64,000 nucleotides of DNA from Patellaria atrata CBS 101060 (lineage: Eukaryota). The notes beneath the pieces were generated by a model. It was not told the origin of the DNA and ran no database searches. It worked only from the letters and a program-made list of their open reading frames with translations. Both the position numbers and the translations under genes were made by a program. The DNA is taken from assembly GCA_010093705.1 (NCBI GenBank), contig MU006104.1:248001-312000 (forward strand). The letters are read 5' to 3'. This document shows positions 48,409-60,897 of this stretch, in pieces. The first letter of the stretch is position 1. Each line of letters opens with the position of its first letter.

Positions 48409-50554
48409 CTACGTCAACTTTTCCGGCATACCATCGCCCAAATCGCTTGTCGACTTCTCCTTTCCGCTTAGGGTTGGGCTGCGCTTGGGACTATTCCCTG
48501 CTGTCCTTGAAAAGAAGGTAGAGGCTTCCGAGGGGAATTCTACCTCGTCGTCATGGTCATGGGCTCCAGCCTCCTTCTCCATAGCTTTTCGTCCTTGCCA
48601 CTCCACCCAGTCGTGGCGCATCTCTTCCACTCGCTGCTGGAAATCTAACTCACCGTTGTAGTTCTTTCCGACGCCTCGGAACCGCTCCCAGAGAGACAGA
48701 TGTCTTGGATGTATGGCGACACCATGGTAATCGTTCTCCCGGCCGGAGACGATGAACCTCCAGCGACGCTCCTGCTCTTTCAGATCGAGACCTGTGGTAT
48801 CCGGCAGGAAAACGAGCGTTAACAATGCGCCGGCAAGACCGAACCATGGTACCACGTAGAATTTCTGTTGTGTGTCAATGTAGTTGTAAAGTACTGCAGC
48901 GAGGAGAGCGCCAGCTTTTCCGACCGCAGCAGAGACTCCATGAGCAGTGGCACGAACAGAGGTTGGGAACACTTCCGCCGCCACGATGAAAGTGACCGAG
49001 TTTGGCCCAAACTGATTGAAGAATGATGACAAAAAGTACATCGCTTGGAAAGCGTGGATGTGCTCCGGGCTAGTGAAGAACTTGAAGTTGAAAGCTGGAA
49101 CGATGAAAAGTATGAAATCAGCCATAAAGCCGACTATCATCATCCTCTTACGTCCGTCTATTTGAACATTAGCACTTCGACTACTCTGATTAGGACAGTT
49201 TAGACTTACAAAGTTTATTGTCGATGAGGAAAGAAGCCATGTAGTAACCCACAAGACTGACACCGATATTAATAAGATTATACAGCCAACCCACCATAAC
49301 GGAATTGTTGCCCGGGGCTAGGACCTTGATAAACTCGGTCTGAAAGAGTTTGTTCCCATAGAAGAAGACATCATTCGCGAACCATGTACCAGCCGTTGCC
49401 AGAAGACGAGGGCCGAAGTACGAAATAGTGAGCTTCAATGACTGCACATCGTATCCCGTGACACCGTTCTTCTTCTTATGGATGTCAAGTTGTTTACTCG
49501 CGGCTTTCATCTTGTACGCACGGTAGTAAACAAGCCACAGTGTTCCAACCGCTGGAAGGGCAAAACTGATCCTGTAGGTCCATTGAGCAGCCATCTTAGA
49601 GTAAGGTGGGTTTCCGCTGCCATGATGAAAGATCAAGAGAAGTAAGATCAAAATGACCTGATTAGCGAACTGACCCCATCCTTGCATTAGGAAGGCACTT
49701 GTAGTGCCTCGACCTCGGTGGAGACGGTCTTGCTTTGTCGATACCTTGCCACTTCCCACTGCATTCTCCATACTCGAAGTTGCGGTCATTGGGTATTCAC
49801 CACCAACGCCAACACCATAGATAAATAACGACCACACGTAACAAATAACCCATCCGTTTTGGTTGACTCCCCATGCTGCAGTTAACATGACTAAGCCGAT
49901 AAACATGATCGAGGCATCCTGGATCAGGCCCCAGCGACGTCCAATATGGTCACCGAGGTATCCCACGAGAATTTGGCCTAATCATATGAGCATTGGTATT
50001 ATACATAATAAGGGTGCAGTAAACCTACCGACAATGATACCACATATTTCCAAGTACTCAATAGACTGTGTCCATGTCTTGTTACAAATCGTGTGATCTT
50101 TCCAGCATGCCGGAAAAGAGGACTCCAGAAGAGGCCGCACAATACCAATAGAAAATAGGACATAACTGGAAGTATAATTTTAGCAAGATGAAATAGAGTA
50201 CAGAGGTTATACGTACCCTTCGAGCCCCAGGCCCGCTCCTGGAATTACCATATTTCTGACATAGGCTCCCACAGGTGATAAAGGATCTTTCTTGAACATA
50301 TTCCATACAACCTTCGCTTCTCTTTTTGCTTCGACATTATCAACATGTCGAACAAATTTGATACGCTGTGCAACCGGCATATCAGCCCAGTATACGCCGT
50401 CCAGGTTGTAACTATCATCTGGATACAGAATGGTCTTGAAAACATCTGCCTCCGCACTGCTCATTTCATTTAGAACAGATTTGGTAGCAACATGCTGGTC
50501 GGTATGGACGTTCGGCCCATGAGGAGCAGCTACTCCATAATCGCGGACCGACAT
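48409..50554 (-). CDS. MFS phosphate/organophosphate:H+ symporter, Pho84/Git1-like; 4 exons
   Basis: GYLGDHIGRR, GVGVGGEYP, AFLMQGWGQ, WFANDVFFYGN and NQFGPNSVTFIVAAEVFPTSVRATAHGVSAAVGKAGA. Introns at 50166-50216, 49978-50028 and 49158-49209. Confidence 0.88.
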
Positions 50555-50829
50555 TATAAGAAGAACAGGGGTTTATCAGCCTTTGAAAAGCCGAGAAAAC
50601 CGGAAACTTGGCTGATCTCTTGACTTTGATCTCTTAATCTCTTGTCCACGCCTTGGTGTTCTTATATAAAAAATTAAGCTTCTTACTCTAAGCTTGTCTC
50701 AGCCGTGATGCGCAATGACGGGTTCGTGGCGTCCTTGCCGTTGTAGATGGACGAGGATAAGATGGAAAGGTAGGATGCTTAGATATTATTTGGACCAAAC
50801 AAATCACTGGGAATCTGATAGTCGTTCTG

Positions 50830-51640
50830 GCACGTTTCGCTAATGCGTCTCTTACTGGCTGGGACAGGAGTTTCTCGCCAAGGTATGCTATCAAAGCGCA
50901 ACGACTTCACCTGAGTATTTGTCTTCAGGATGAGAAATTGTCTCTTATATCGGATCGAACGGATGAGAAGTCTGATGTCAAGATGCTCCTTCACCTTCTT
51001 GTCCCCAACTACGTCAATTGTCGATCGAGGCGTCCTAGGTGTGGCACAGGACAAGGAGTCCTAGTAGTACAGAGAGGTTCGTTGATGTACAGTATAGAAG
51101 AAATAGCAGTGCTATACGTTTAGCGCATAAGAAATATCTGTGATGAGGTTTAGATTGAGTTTCTGTGCACGAAGAAAGGTGACGATACCGTACCCTTCAA
51201 TCGTCGGAACCGATGATACGGTAGAACCAAGGTTGTAGGAGCGCTTTTCAGTATAGACCGCAAATCACACTGATCACTAATGGAGTGACTATGAAGTATC
51301 TAGGCAATGATGCTATTATACGTGTATAAGCCCTAATGTTACCTCCCACGATCCGGGTGTAACGAAATAACAGAAAGTGCAGGGAGACGAAAAGAGGAAA
51401 TGTCCACATGGTGGCGTTTCTCCTCACTCCTCAAAGGTTGGCTGAGCTTGTCCATCCTGCTCGGTCTTAGCATACGCATGGTATCGCGGCCTCATCCGAA
51501 GGCCTAGAAAAATTCTTTGAGAGTGTGGTTTTTTTTTTGGATGGTTTCTTAGTGTTCGAGTCTGATGTCGTCGCGAAAGCACGTTCTCATTTTAGGCGGA
51601 ATGATTGGACAGCTCAACCGAGGTTCCACTTGCACGTTTT
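50830..51640. promoter_or_regulatory. Three GCACGTT (Pho4/NUC-1/PalcA-type) boxes upstream of the phosphate transporter
   Basis: GCACGTTT at 50830, GCACGTTC at 51579 and GCACGTTTT at 51632, about 0.3-1.1 kb upstream of the ATG at 50554. Confidence 0.5.
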
Positions 51641-52316
51641 TCTTCCCGTCTGGACCCTGAAGAGAAATACGACGAAAGAAGGCAAGTATGAGCGAGCACT
51701 TGGGCTACGATTTTAGGTTTAGACTTTAGATTTTGGATACACTTAAGGTAGTCGATCTATACCGTAATCTATACCGTTAGCTAGAGTATAAAATGATGTA
51801 TCTCACAAGGAAGGCAGTTGGTTAGTTTATGCTCTGAGTTGTGAATTATTAGTGATGCTACGGGCTATATGCCCTCTGAGTATGTTATGACTGAAAGTTG
51901 TTTTATTTGTTTCTACCCTATCTATCATGTTAATAGAAAGAGCGGATACCAATCATCACCATACCTTAGGAAGAAATCGCTGGCGGGAGGAATGGGGAAA
52001 TTTGAATATCCAGCACCAGTTTAAGACCACCGGAGGTTGCTTCTCAACCTCGCTAAAGAAGAGAGGGAAGCATGTTCACAGGAGCCTGTTTTCAGGTTTG
52101 TAAGTAGGGGTGCATGTGGAATCTCTGGAGCAGGTAAAAATCTTGACATCAATTGATTCGAATCTCTCCCTGAGTCTGTGCTATTCCTCTATTTGAATAT
52201 CGGTCCATTAATATGATGGAAAGATTGGCTCGTGTTCTCTATTGTCTGTAGTTGATTGCTTGACAGTTACTATCGTTGATTTTGATTCCAATGTTTGCTT
52301 CTTGCGCCATCTTGAT

Positions 52317-53207
52317 TCACCGTTTAGCGTCATGGGCATCCGTTCCGCTGTGGGTCGGATCTGGGGCAGTCTCTTCAGATTGCGTCGCATCTTCGGCCCC
52401 AGAGGACTCTCTATCGTCTCCCTCGCTCTTGAAATACAACTGGCATAAGAAATCAGGTCCCTCCGTTGCATCATCGTCATCCTCATCGGGTGCCAAATAC
52501 AATGGCCTCTCCGCTGCGCGCGTCCAGTACATCATCGACGTAGGACCGATTCGGCTGCGGCCTAATCCAGTTTCATACACCTCTTCCAGAGCTTCGAAGA
52601 AAGCCCTTGCCTCAGCTTCTAGGCCTAGCACTCGGAGGGAGCGAATAATACGTGTGATGCGCAGGTGATTGTGATTAGAGCGCATGACCCAATTCCGAAA
52701 GCGTGCTTCATGATCGGCTTTGAGGTCGACTTCCGGCTTTCCAGAGCTCGAATTCAGTTCGAATCCGTAGAAACTTAGCATGCGAGTTAAAGATCTGCGC
52801 AAACTGTCACGAAGGTCGGAACGAGACCTGAAGGCCTCGAAGGTTGGCTCGTCGATCAGTGGGACGTCCCAGTTGAATAAGGAGCCTTCGGGTAGAGGAA
52901 AGAGAGTTTGGATATAATCGTGGGACCATTCGAGTTTCTGATCATTCCATCCTATAATTTGATTGAGGGTTCTACCTCTACTGTCCCGCTCAGATATGTT
53001 TGGGTCGTAGAATCGAACAAGGAATGGCTGCGCGCCCGTCGCAGCCATGGTTCCGTCTTGGGTTGATGTGGAAAATGCTCTTAGTAATATATGAGGATTC
53101 AACGGTTTGATAGTTTGGTACTGTTCTCGATGAAAGCCAATATTTGTTTTGAAAAATGAAGGAATACTTTGGATGGACTTAGTTTTTAAGCACAACGCTC
53201 GGAACAT
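52317..53207 (-). CDS. Opioid growth factor receptor conserved-domain (OGFr_N) protein
   Basis: LEWSHDYIQTLFPLPE, RMLSFYGF and NHNHLRITRIIRSLRVLG. Two in-frame ATGs (53207 and 53048) and an acidic tail. Confidence 0.9.
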   Translation of the reverse strand: MFRALCLKTKSIQSIPSFFKTNIGFHREQYQTIKPLNPHILLRAFSTSTQDGTMAATGAQPFLVRFYDPNISERDSRGRTLNQIIGWNDQKLEWSHDYIQTLFPLPEGSLFNWDVPLIDEPTFEAFRSRSDLRDSLRRSLTRMLSFYGFELNSSSGKPEVDLKADHEARFRNWVMRSNHNHLRITRIIRSLRVLGLEAEARAFFEALEEVYETGLGRSRIGPTSMMYWTRAAERPLYLAPDEDDDDATEGPDFLCQLYFKSEGDDRESSGAEDATQSEETAPDPTHSGTDAHDAKR

Positions 53208-53898
53208 AGTTCCAGGTCTAGTACTTTGGAAATAGACAGCGTGTTTCCCATCGTTATTAAGAAATCGTGTGCTTATTGACGAGAAAGACGACGATGCTAA
53301 CGCTGAATGTTCTTTCTTTGGAATTCTATGGGATTAGGGGTATAATTCATAAGTTGTACCGCAAGAAAGTACAAAATTGTTTGATAAACCTAGTACTTAC
53401 CTAGGCCTATTCGGGATTAGTTATCTTAAAATCACCTTCCAAGTTCTTAAGGTACGTCGACTGGTCACTGGTGATAGTACTAAATACTCAAATATCTTAT
53501 GCACGAGGCTCCCTTAAATCGTGAAATCAAGTGCTGTGATTGGAAAGGGCTCCATCTCCTCCATTGTCCCAATTCAGATAAAATCTCAGCTATAGAGCTG
53601 AGTTGAGTAATCAGTTGACGGTCTGGGACGGACCACCCCCTCTCTCAAAGAGTCAACCACAAGATAATCTAGTGCCCCTAGCATCACAATAGACAGAACA
53701 GACCATACTAGGTCCTAACGGATACATATAGTACAATAACAAAAGAAAAGTAAGCAGTGACGCTAGTCAAGATCGTCCCTCACTCTAGTCCAAGTAATAA
53801 TGAATAAGGTATCCTGTATCCCAACGCCTGGACGCAACAAATATGCAGGTGGGATATCATCGCTCTTGAAAGTATTTACCAAGAAAGAAACTCTAAAA

Positions 53899-56151
53899 TT
53901 ACTTCTTCCGACCAAAAATGGTCCTCGTCCGCGACTTGTCGCGCGGTTTCTTCTCCGGTGTGGATTTCTTGCTTGTTCGACCACGGCCGTTGTCTTCATG
54001 GTCCATGTATTTCTCCTTATAGATCCTGATATAGAGATTAGTCATGTACTTCCTCATTGAAAGCTCGGCGTATATTAAGACTTACCAGCTATTCCCTGCC
54101 ATACTCATTCCCCTCTCTGCAGCTGCCCTATACAGTCTTGCTGCTTTCCTGAGATCTTTCTTGCAACCAACACCCTCCGTGTAACAGAAGCCGGCCTCGG
54201 CTAGAGCATCCGTATCACCAAGATCGCCAGCAATCTCAAAGCAACGAAGAGCAAGAGGTTTATCCTGTTGGGTACCCCAGCCATTCATATAGCTTTGCCC
54301 GAGTTCGTACACCCCAAGAGCAAATTGCGCCTTGTGTGACTTCTGCTCGAGCATATCGAATGCTTTACCAGATCTCGTAGAGTTCTCATCGTCTGCAACC
54401 TCAGATTGCGCGTAGTCAACTGCTTGCTTGAGCCACTGAACTCCTTCGGTAGGATTTGGACGCATACCCCATCCATGTCGACAGGCAAGAGCGTACAGAA
54501 GCATAGCTGTAGGAAGCCCCGCTCTGGCAGCGATTCGAAGATGATAAGTGGATTCCTGCAATGATCCTTGTTCGTGGCATTCAATCCCCCTTTCTAGGTG
54601 TTGCTCTGGAGTAATCTCGGCAGATGATGGCTTCATCTGGTTCAATCTGGCTTTCACTGTACTTGCATCTGAGACAACAGAGGGTGAAGAGGGTGTGGAT
54701 TTGTGGGCGGATTTGGGCCTTTGGTATGTTTTATGATCCGAGAAACTACGCTGTGGGGTAGTTGATCCAGCGGTACGAGGCCTAGGCCATGTAGGAGTCA
54801 AGTGTGGTGGAGAGGGAGGAGTTGCAGGTCGATTGATTCTGATTGGCGGATTCCGAGACTCTAAAGTTCTGGGAGTAAGAACCTTGGGAGAGAATTGAGG
54901 TGATGAAAACTCATCAGAGCTAACGGAATCATCGCGTTGCAATGTCCGTCCACGCGGTAGGTCATACTTTGAGTAGATGTAAGATGGAGCAGGTACAGTT
55001 GGGTTCTCGGAAGAGGAAAGGTACTCTTCACTATTCATACTAACTGGCGTATGAACGGATTCATAGTGACATGAACTGGCCATTGGAACGCTATCGCCGG
55101 AACCCTGTCGTTGTGGGAAGTCGAACGACGGCCTGGGGTAGGTTTCTCCTGAAGTTTGCCGCAGAGGTGTATCAACAGAGGGACGTATGCTGATGTTCGA
55201 TTGACTTGCGCGACTAAGAGGTCTCGAGAAATTGAATGCTGGTCGAGGTAGATTGGACCCACCAACGGAGTACTCGGAAGACATTGAAGGCGATCTAGGT
55301 GTTGGGTGCTGGAATGGGGAACAAGGAGAATGAGATCGTGATATGCTAGCACCAGAGGGGAAACGTCTGGGAGGGAGGGAGTCCACAGAGCCTCCAAGAG
55401 AAAAGCCTCCTACATCATCACCATTATCGTCTGACACAGACCGAATACTTGGTGACGGACGGGAGGGTGGGATTGGAGATCTTGGTGGCGCTAGGCCACT
55501 GCGAGATGATACTGAATCAATTGTGAGGGTCCTTTGTCGTTCCAACGGAGCTGGTCGACTTCTCTCACGATTCTGTGTTGGCTGGGCTGTGACGGGGGTA
55601 GTATCACTAACCCTTAACTCCATTTGGTCCGGCGAAGACGCACGTGGGATACCAAAATAATCTTCTGCAGGTTGAGGGGACGGATCTCTTTCTTCGACAC
55701 TTGAGAGAATGTTCCGAAAGGGTAACTGGGAATCGCGGTAAGACGAGTACTCGCTGGATCCAAATTGTGGATATATCGATCTATGGCGGAAGTCGGGTTG
55801 CACTTCCTCTGCATTGTGCGCTGTTCTATCCTCTTCCAGCATTTCCGGCGCATCTTCGTCAATGGCACTTCCCGACTCTACAGACAGCGATCGCAGATAC
55901 CCAGGACGAGCTTTTGCGAGCTCGTTTGCTATTTCCACCGTTGGGAGTCTACTGATACGGCGACCATCCTTCTTCTTCTCCTCGAATTTCTTCGCAAGGA
56001 GTCTTCCTTGCAGGGCAAATGCATCCAGGGGAGACAGCGCAGGCGGTATCTCACCGGTGCGTGGCGATGGGAGGTCTCCAGAAGCAGTCCATGGTTGTCG
56101 TGGTTCAAAAGCATTGGGTTTTAAATCCAAATAATCAGGTCTGCTGGCCAT
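53899..56151 (-). CDS. Sel1-repeat protein, mitotic inhibitor Nif1/Dsf2-like; 2 exons
   Basis: EIPPALSPLDAFA N-terminal block, long S/P-rich region, and Sel1 repeats (LYALACRHGWG, YELGQSYMNGWGTQQD, GFCYTEGVGCKKD). Intron 54026-54085 completes GNSWIYKEKY...IFGRKK*. Confidence 0.88.
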
Positions 56152-57531
56152 CGTGAGTGGTTTATAAGGTTTGTTTATCGGGTTCCTCTGAGGTGGGTGG
56201 GTTTCTTGTTCAAATGCTCGGTTATGTCTGCTCTTCCAGAGAATAACAATTGCTCAAGGTATTATGTAGGTCTAGAAATGACAACAGCATCCGAGTAGGA
56301 TGTTTGCAAAGGATGAGGCGCAGGTAGCGTGAGTTTGAAAGTTAACGTGCCGTGAGATTGTCGCGTTGGACGTTATGGGGGCAAGTATTCCAATTGTATT
56401 GATCGAGAGTAGGGCGATAAGGAAAGCAACATGAGCAGAAGGAATGACTCGAAGGGAAGACGCAAATGTGATGATAGAATTTAGTTGGTGAAAGTGAATT
56501 GGTAATGCAGAGGGTTGAAGAAAGTTTGTAGCTATGGAGAGCAAGACGGTAAGGTATTACAGCAGCTCTAAGAATTTCAGGAGTGAGGTGGTGAGGCAAT
56601 ACGAGGCTCGAAGGGGGATGATTCTTGGCGGGGTTGATGAGGGTTTCTGATTTGGCCGGGGTATGGAGCACGGACTCAAAGAGGGTTTATTAAGAGTGGA
56701 CAAGAGTAACCTGGAGAACGGGAGGATGCGAAAGTTGGATGCAGTAGTTTGTGGCAATTATGAGCAAGGCCGTACAGTATGAGAAGAATAGATGTCAAAA
56801 GGTATGTTTGGAGAATGATGATGATCTTTGAAAAGTCGCCGTTCGCGACGCGCACTCTGCAAAACACGTTGCAGCCCTCCCACCGTTTAAACTGTCTCCA
56901 CTGCTGTGTTCTCCACCACCGACTGCCACGAGTTCTGAATCGTCGACGCCGACGCCAAACATAAACTAGAACAGGTCAGTCTGGTATGGTCTGGTACTCG
57001 TATGGGAGTCTGTATTACTCGCAGATTAGAATTGCATTAGCTACAGATGATTCCCGCCCTGGTTCTTCTTGATTTTGGGAAATAAATATTGCTAATTAAA
57101 CTTCACCAGCAATAACCAAACACTGTCCGTCCTCTGGTTCTCAGCCTTAATAGCGATCAAGGCTTTCCTGCTAAACCAAACAACCTGTGATTCGACCAGA
57201 TTTGTAGTCTATACTTGATCTTAATATTCCCCGAACCGGGTGCTATGGACAAGGGTATTGGTCAAACATTTCATACCACAATTTGCAGTTTTGCACCCCT
57301 CGGGCCGCTCATGAAAAGGCCAGACCGGAACAGTCTGCGACATACTGGTATTCATTCCTCAAATCTTGGTAGAAGGGAGATTATAGGATCATATTATTGA
57401 TTACATGGAGAAGAGAGTGTCTGGTCATACAATTGTCGACCAGTAGTACTTCCAACTGGAACTGTAAGTGGACTCATTCATGTCTAAAACATGTTCCATT
57501 CTGAGACGTGAGAGTCGACATTATCAATCTC

Positions 57532-58981
57532 TTACACCGTTCTCTCGATCTTCTCCCACGAAGATTGCACACTGTCCTCTAGCCGAGGTTCTGTCGCGTC
57601 CTCTGTGGACACACTCTGAATGCCCATCATCCAGCCCACGATACCTTTTGGTACCCAGTTACCAACAATATCGTAGGCAACGCTGCCTCTTCCCACCCTC
57701 CAAACGCTTTTAGGGTATTTCTGTGTCAGCGCATCAAACACAGCATTGTGCAGTTCCCGCATGTGACTTCCCTTGGGTTGCTTGTTGCTATTTGTTAGGC
57801 GATTGTGGGCAAGATAATTCCCGCCGTACAGTCGCCGCGCGGAACTAGACCATTCGAGGACGCGTGCTCTGTCTGTGGATTGGAGCTGGTGCTTGCCCAC
57901 ACTGTTGCCGTAATCGAAAGTACCCAGCTTGAACTGAACAACTTTGATGCCTAATGTATCTAGTTCACCACGTAACGACGCAACGAAGCCATCAAGCGCG
58001 CCCACGATAGTGCTTTCGACACTGCCAAAAGGTGGTTTTAGCGAAGCTATGATACTTGGTGTGAGGAGTAACACCCGTGCTTTGAATTCTGCGATGGTAG
58101 GTAAGAACGCTTGACTTGTTGCGATCGTTCCTAAAACCTTTGCGTTCAAACAGTCGGACCAGAGCTCTGGAGATATGGTTTCAACCGGTCCAGTAGGGTA
58201 TATAAGGTCGGGCACTATTATCAAACCTTTGAAGTTCAGGTTATGTGGGGATGCGCCAGCAAAGGCCTGCTGAGGGCTTAGTAGTAAGTTGTTAAATCGA
58301 TCAATAGCTTGTTGAGTGCCGAGTGGCTTCAAATATATTAGTATTGGAATTTTACTTAGATATCTTCTGGACTTACATCAACTATATCAAGGTGCAATGG
58401 TCGAATATCTACTCTTGACTCCCCTTGAACTGTTTGCTCCTCTTCAGCAGTATTCACCACTACATAAACAATGAATCCTCTTCGCTCAAGATCTAGTGCT
58501 AACGACTTTGTAATTGGTAAACTGGGAGCTCCGGCGAGAACGATGACCTCTCTTCGGGCTCCATTGCTTGCGCGCCTTGCCCTCCGTTTCCTATAGTATC
58601 CCTTTCTTTTCCTATAAATCAAGAGAGATCCTGTTCCTACAAATGCAATAATTGCTGCAGTAAGCGCACGATTCCGGGATATCCAGTTCTGTATTTGTTG
58701 TAGATATCCTTCCGGCGTTAATAATCTCGTCGCTGGCGGGGAAGGGGGCGGAGGTCTGCGGCGAAAGGATTCGGGGAGCCATTCTGCAAGGCAAGATTCT
58801 CTTATAGATGCAGCGACGAATTCGAAATGGCGATCAGTAGCGTCTGCCACGTCAGATGTGAAGTCGCGAACGTCCTGAGATATGTAAGAGAGCTATCAGA
58901 CTTGAATTAGCGTGCGATACGACGGTCTAGAGATGAGTGTCGACATACGTAGTCCAAGAACTGTTTATCGTCGCTCGTCAT
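57532..58981 (-). CDS. DUF1776 (Ysc83-like, SDR-fold) membrane-anchored protein; 3 exons
   Basis: MTSDDKQFLDY start, one TM helix, then RRARRASNGARREVIVLAG...SLALDLERRGFIVYV, KGSHMRELHNAVFDAL and VGRGSVAYDIVGNWVP. Introns at 58893-58948 and 58327-58376. Confidence 0.85.
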
Positions 58982-59523
58982 CTTATATGGATATTATAAA
59001 CCAAAGCTCCTAATATATCGTTCTAATGAGGTTGTAAGGAGAGCGTGATTTCAACTGTACGGTATGAACCGCATGAGACACTTGCAAGTAGAGATGGTCG
59101 AGGGGAGCTTTGTTCAACAGCTCCGAGACCAAACTATCAAAGATCAGTTCACCGAACAACAGTAATAGACTACTGTATTTCCAAGATTATCTTCACTGCA
59201 AACACTAGCTATGGAGTTTGGAATCTCTATCTTGACCAAGTTCGAAGACTACTATAAATTACAGTATCTTACCAGTAGCTGACGTGGCGGGATGCTGCCT
59301 TTGGATTTTGTCATCACGTATATTCTTCAATCTTCTATGTACATGATGTGTATCCGATGGATATAGATTCAGCGGTTGACAGTTGACTGGCGTTCTTCCT
59401 ATTTCTTGTCACTCTCAATCCCTTTCCACCAAATTTCTCCCATCATCTCCCTTAAGGTCTCTTCCTTTCTTTGCTTCATCTTCATTACATCAGGTAGTCA
59501 TAGTCTACTACCATAATTTCAAA

Positions 59524-60897
59524 ATGAGAGAAATAGACGCCCACTTCGATAACTACGAGCATATGAAGCACCTCCCCAGGGAGGCTGAAGCTCTGCATAC
59601 ACTACGCAAAGTAGCATCCATGGTCAAACCTATCATGAGAAAGCGTGGGTGGAAGGTCCGCACGCTTTGCGAGTTTCTTCCTCAGGAGCGAAACCTTCTA
59701 GGTAGGTAATTAGCTGTTGCTAATAACTCTTGCATGATATGTAAACCTGTCATCCTGTACGAATACTTATATCCTCATCATCAGGTTTGAACATCAATCA
59801 AACAGAGCGAATATGTATCCGCCTCAGATATGCCGTGGATCCCAAACAATTCTTATCCATCGAAAGCGTGGTGGATACTCTCCTACATGAGTTTGTTACC
59901 CGCTATGACCTTTAAAATCTCTCTCTTTCTAATATATTGCAGACTCAGCCATATTGTTCACGGTCCCCATGACCAAAAGTTCCACCGCCTGTGGGACGAA
60001 CTCCGCTCCGAGCACCAATCCCTCCTCCTAAAAGGATACACTGGCGAAGGTTTCCTCTCGGCCGGCCGCAAGCTCGGTGGTCGCCGCATCCCTCTCGACG
60101 AAATGCGTCGTCAAGCTCGTGCCGCCGCTGAAAAGCGCGCCATCCTCCACAAAGGATCCGGACAGCGTCTCGGCGGCGCTCCTGTCCCTCCTAGGGGCAT
60201 CGACATGCGCCAGATCATTGCTGATGCAGCGTCGAGGAGAGGGGGCATCACTCAGGGCTGTGCTTCAGGGACGAAGGAGGCGGGTCAGCTTGCGGAGGAG
60301 GCAAAGAGGGACGGCTTTAGGACGAAGGCGGAGGAAGACGATGCTAACGATCTCGCTATTGCGAACGCGCTTATTGAGCTCATGGAAGAGGAAGAGGAGA
60401 GGAAGATCGAGATGTCACGAGTTGGAGGAAGGACGGAAGACCTCAACTCCTCTCAAGCGAATGGGCCATCTTTCTCCCATCCCCAACCATCACCTTCTCC
60501 CTTTGGCTCAACCAGCAAGTCGAAGCCTGAACCCCCAACCGGTCCCAACCGTCCTCTCTCCCGCCTAGTCCAGGAAGCAGAAAGCCGCAAAAAACAACAC
60601 CTTAAACCTTCTCCCTTCAACGTCTCGCACACCTCCAGCAGCCGTGACGTATGGTCATGCCCCACCTGCACGCTCGAGAACCCCTGGACGTACCTCTGCT
60701 GTGATGCCTGCGAGAGTGAGAAGCCGGCATCTGGGGAAGCTTCTACTGCTTCCGTGCCGCGAGAAACGTCTGCAGGGAAGAAACGAATGAAGTTGAGAGA
60801 CGAGCCGATAGGCTGGAGCTGTCGTCAGTGCGGTGCGTTTATGGAGAGGGAGTGGTGGACGTGCTCGGCGTGTGGGGTTATGAAGACCGAGAGTTGA
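59524..60897 (+). CDS. WSS1: WLM-domain DNA-protein-crosslink metalloprotease Wss1 with two C-terminal RanBP2-type zinc fingers; 3 exons
   Basis: LRKVASMVKPIMRKRGWKV, LLGLNIN and LLHELSHIVHGPH (HExxH, split by intron 59891-59942; first intron 59702-59784). SHP-like GRKLGG/GSGQRLGG, VIM-like RRQARAAAEKR and RQIIADAASRR, and zinc fingers WSCPTC..CDAC and WSCRQC..CSAC. Confidence 0.92.

Noticed and set aside
51756..51777. Short direct repeat ATCTATACCGT x2, and GATCCACGGTA x2 near 42889-42917
   Set aside because: Two-copy micro-duplications with no array structure; not CRISPR-like or LTR-like.
53393..53405. TACTTACCT resembling the 5' end of U1 snRNA
   Set aside because: No U1 stem-loops or Sm site follow; it lies in a TA-rich spacer.
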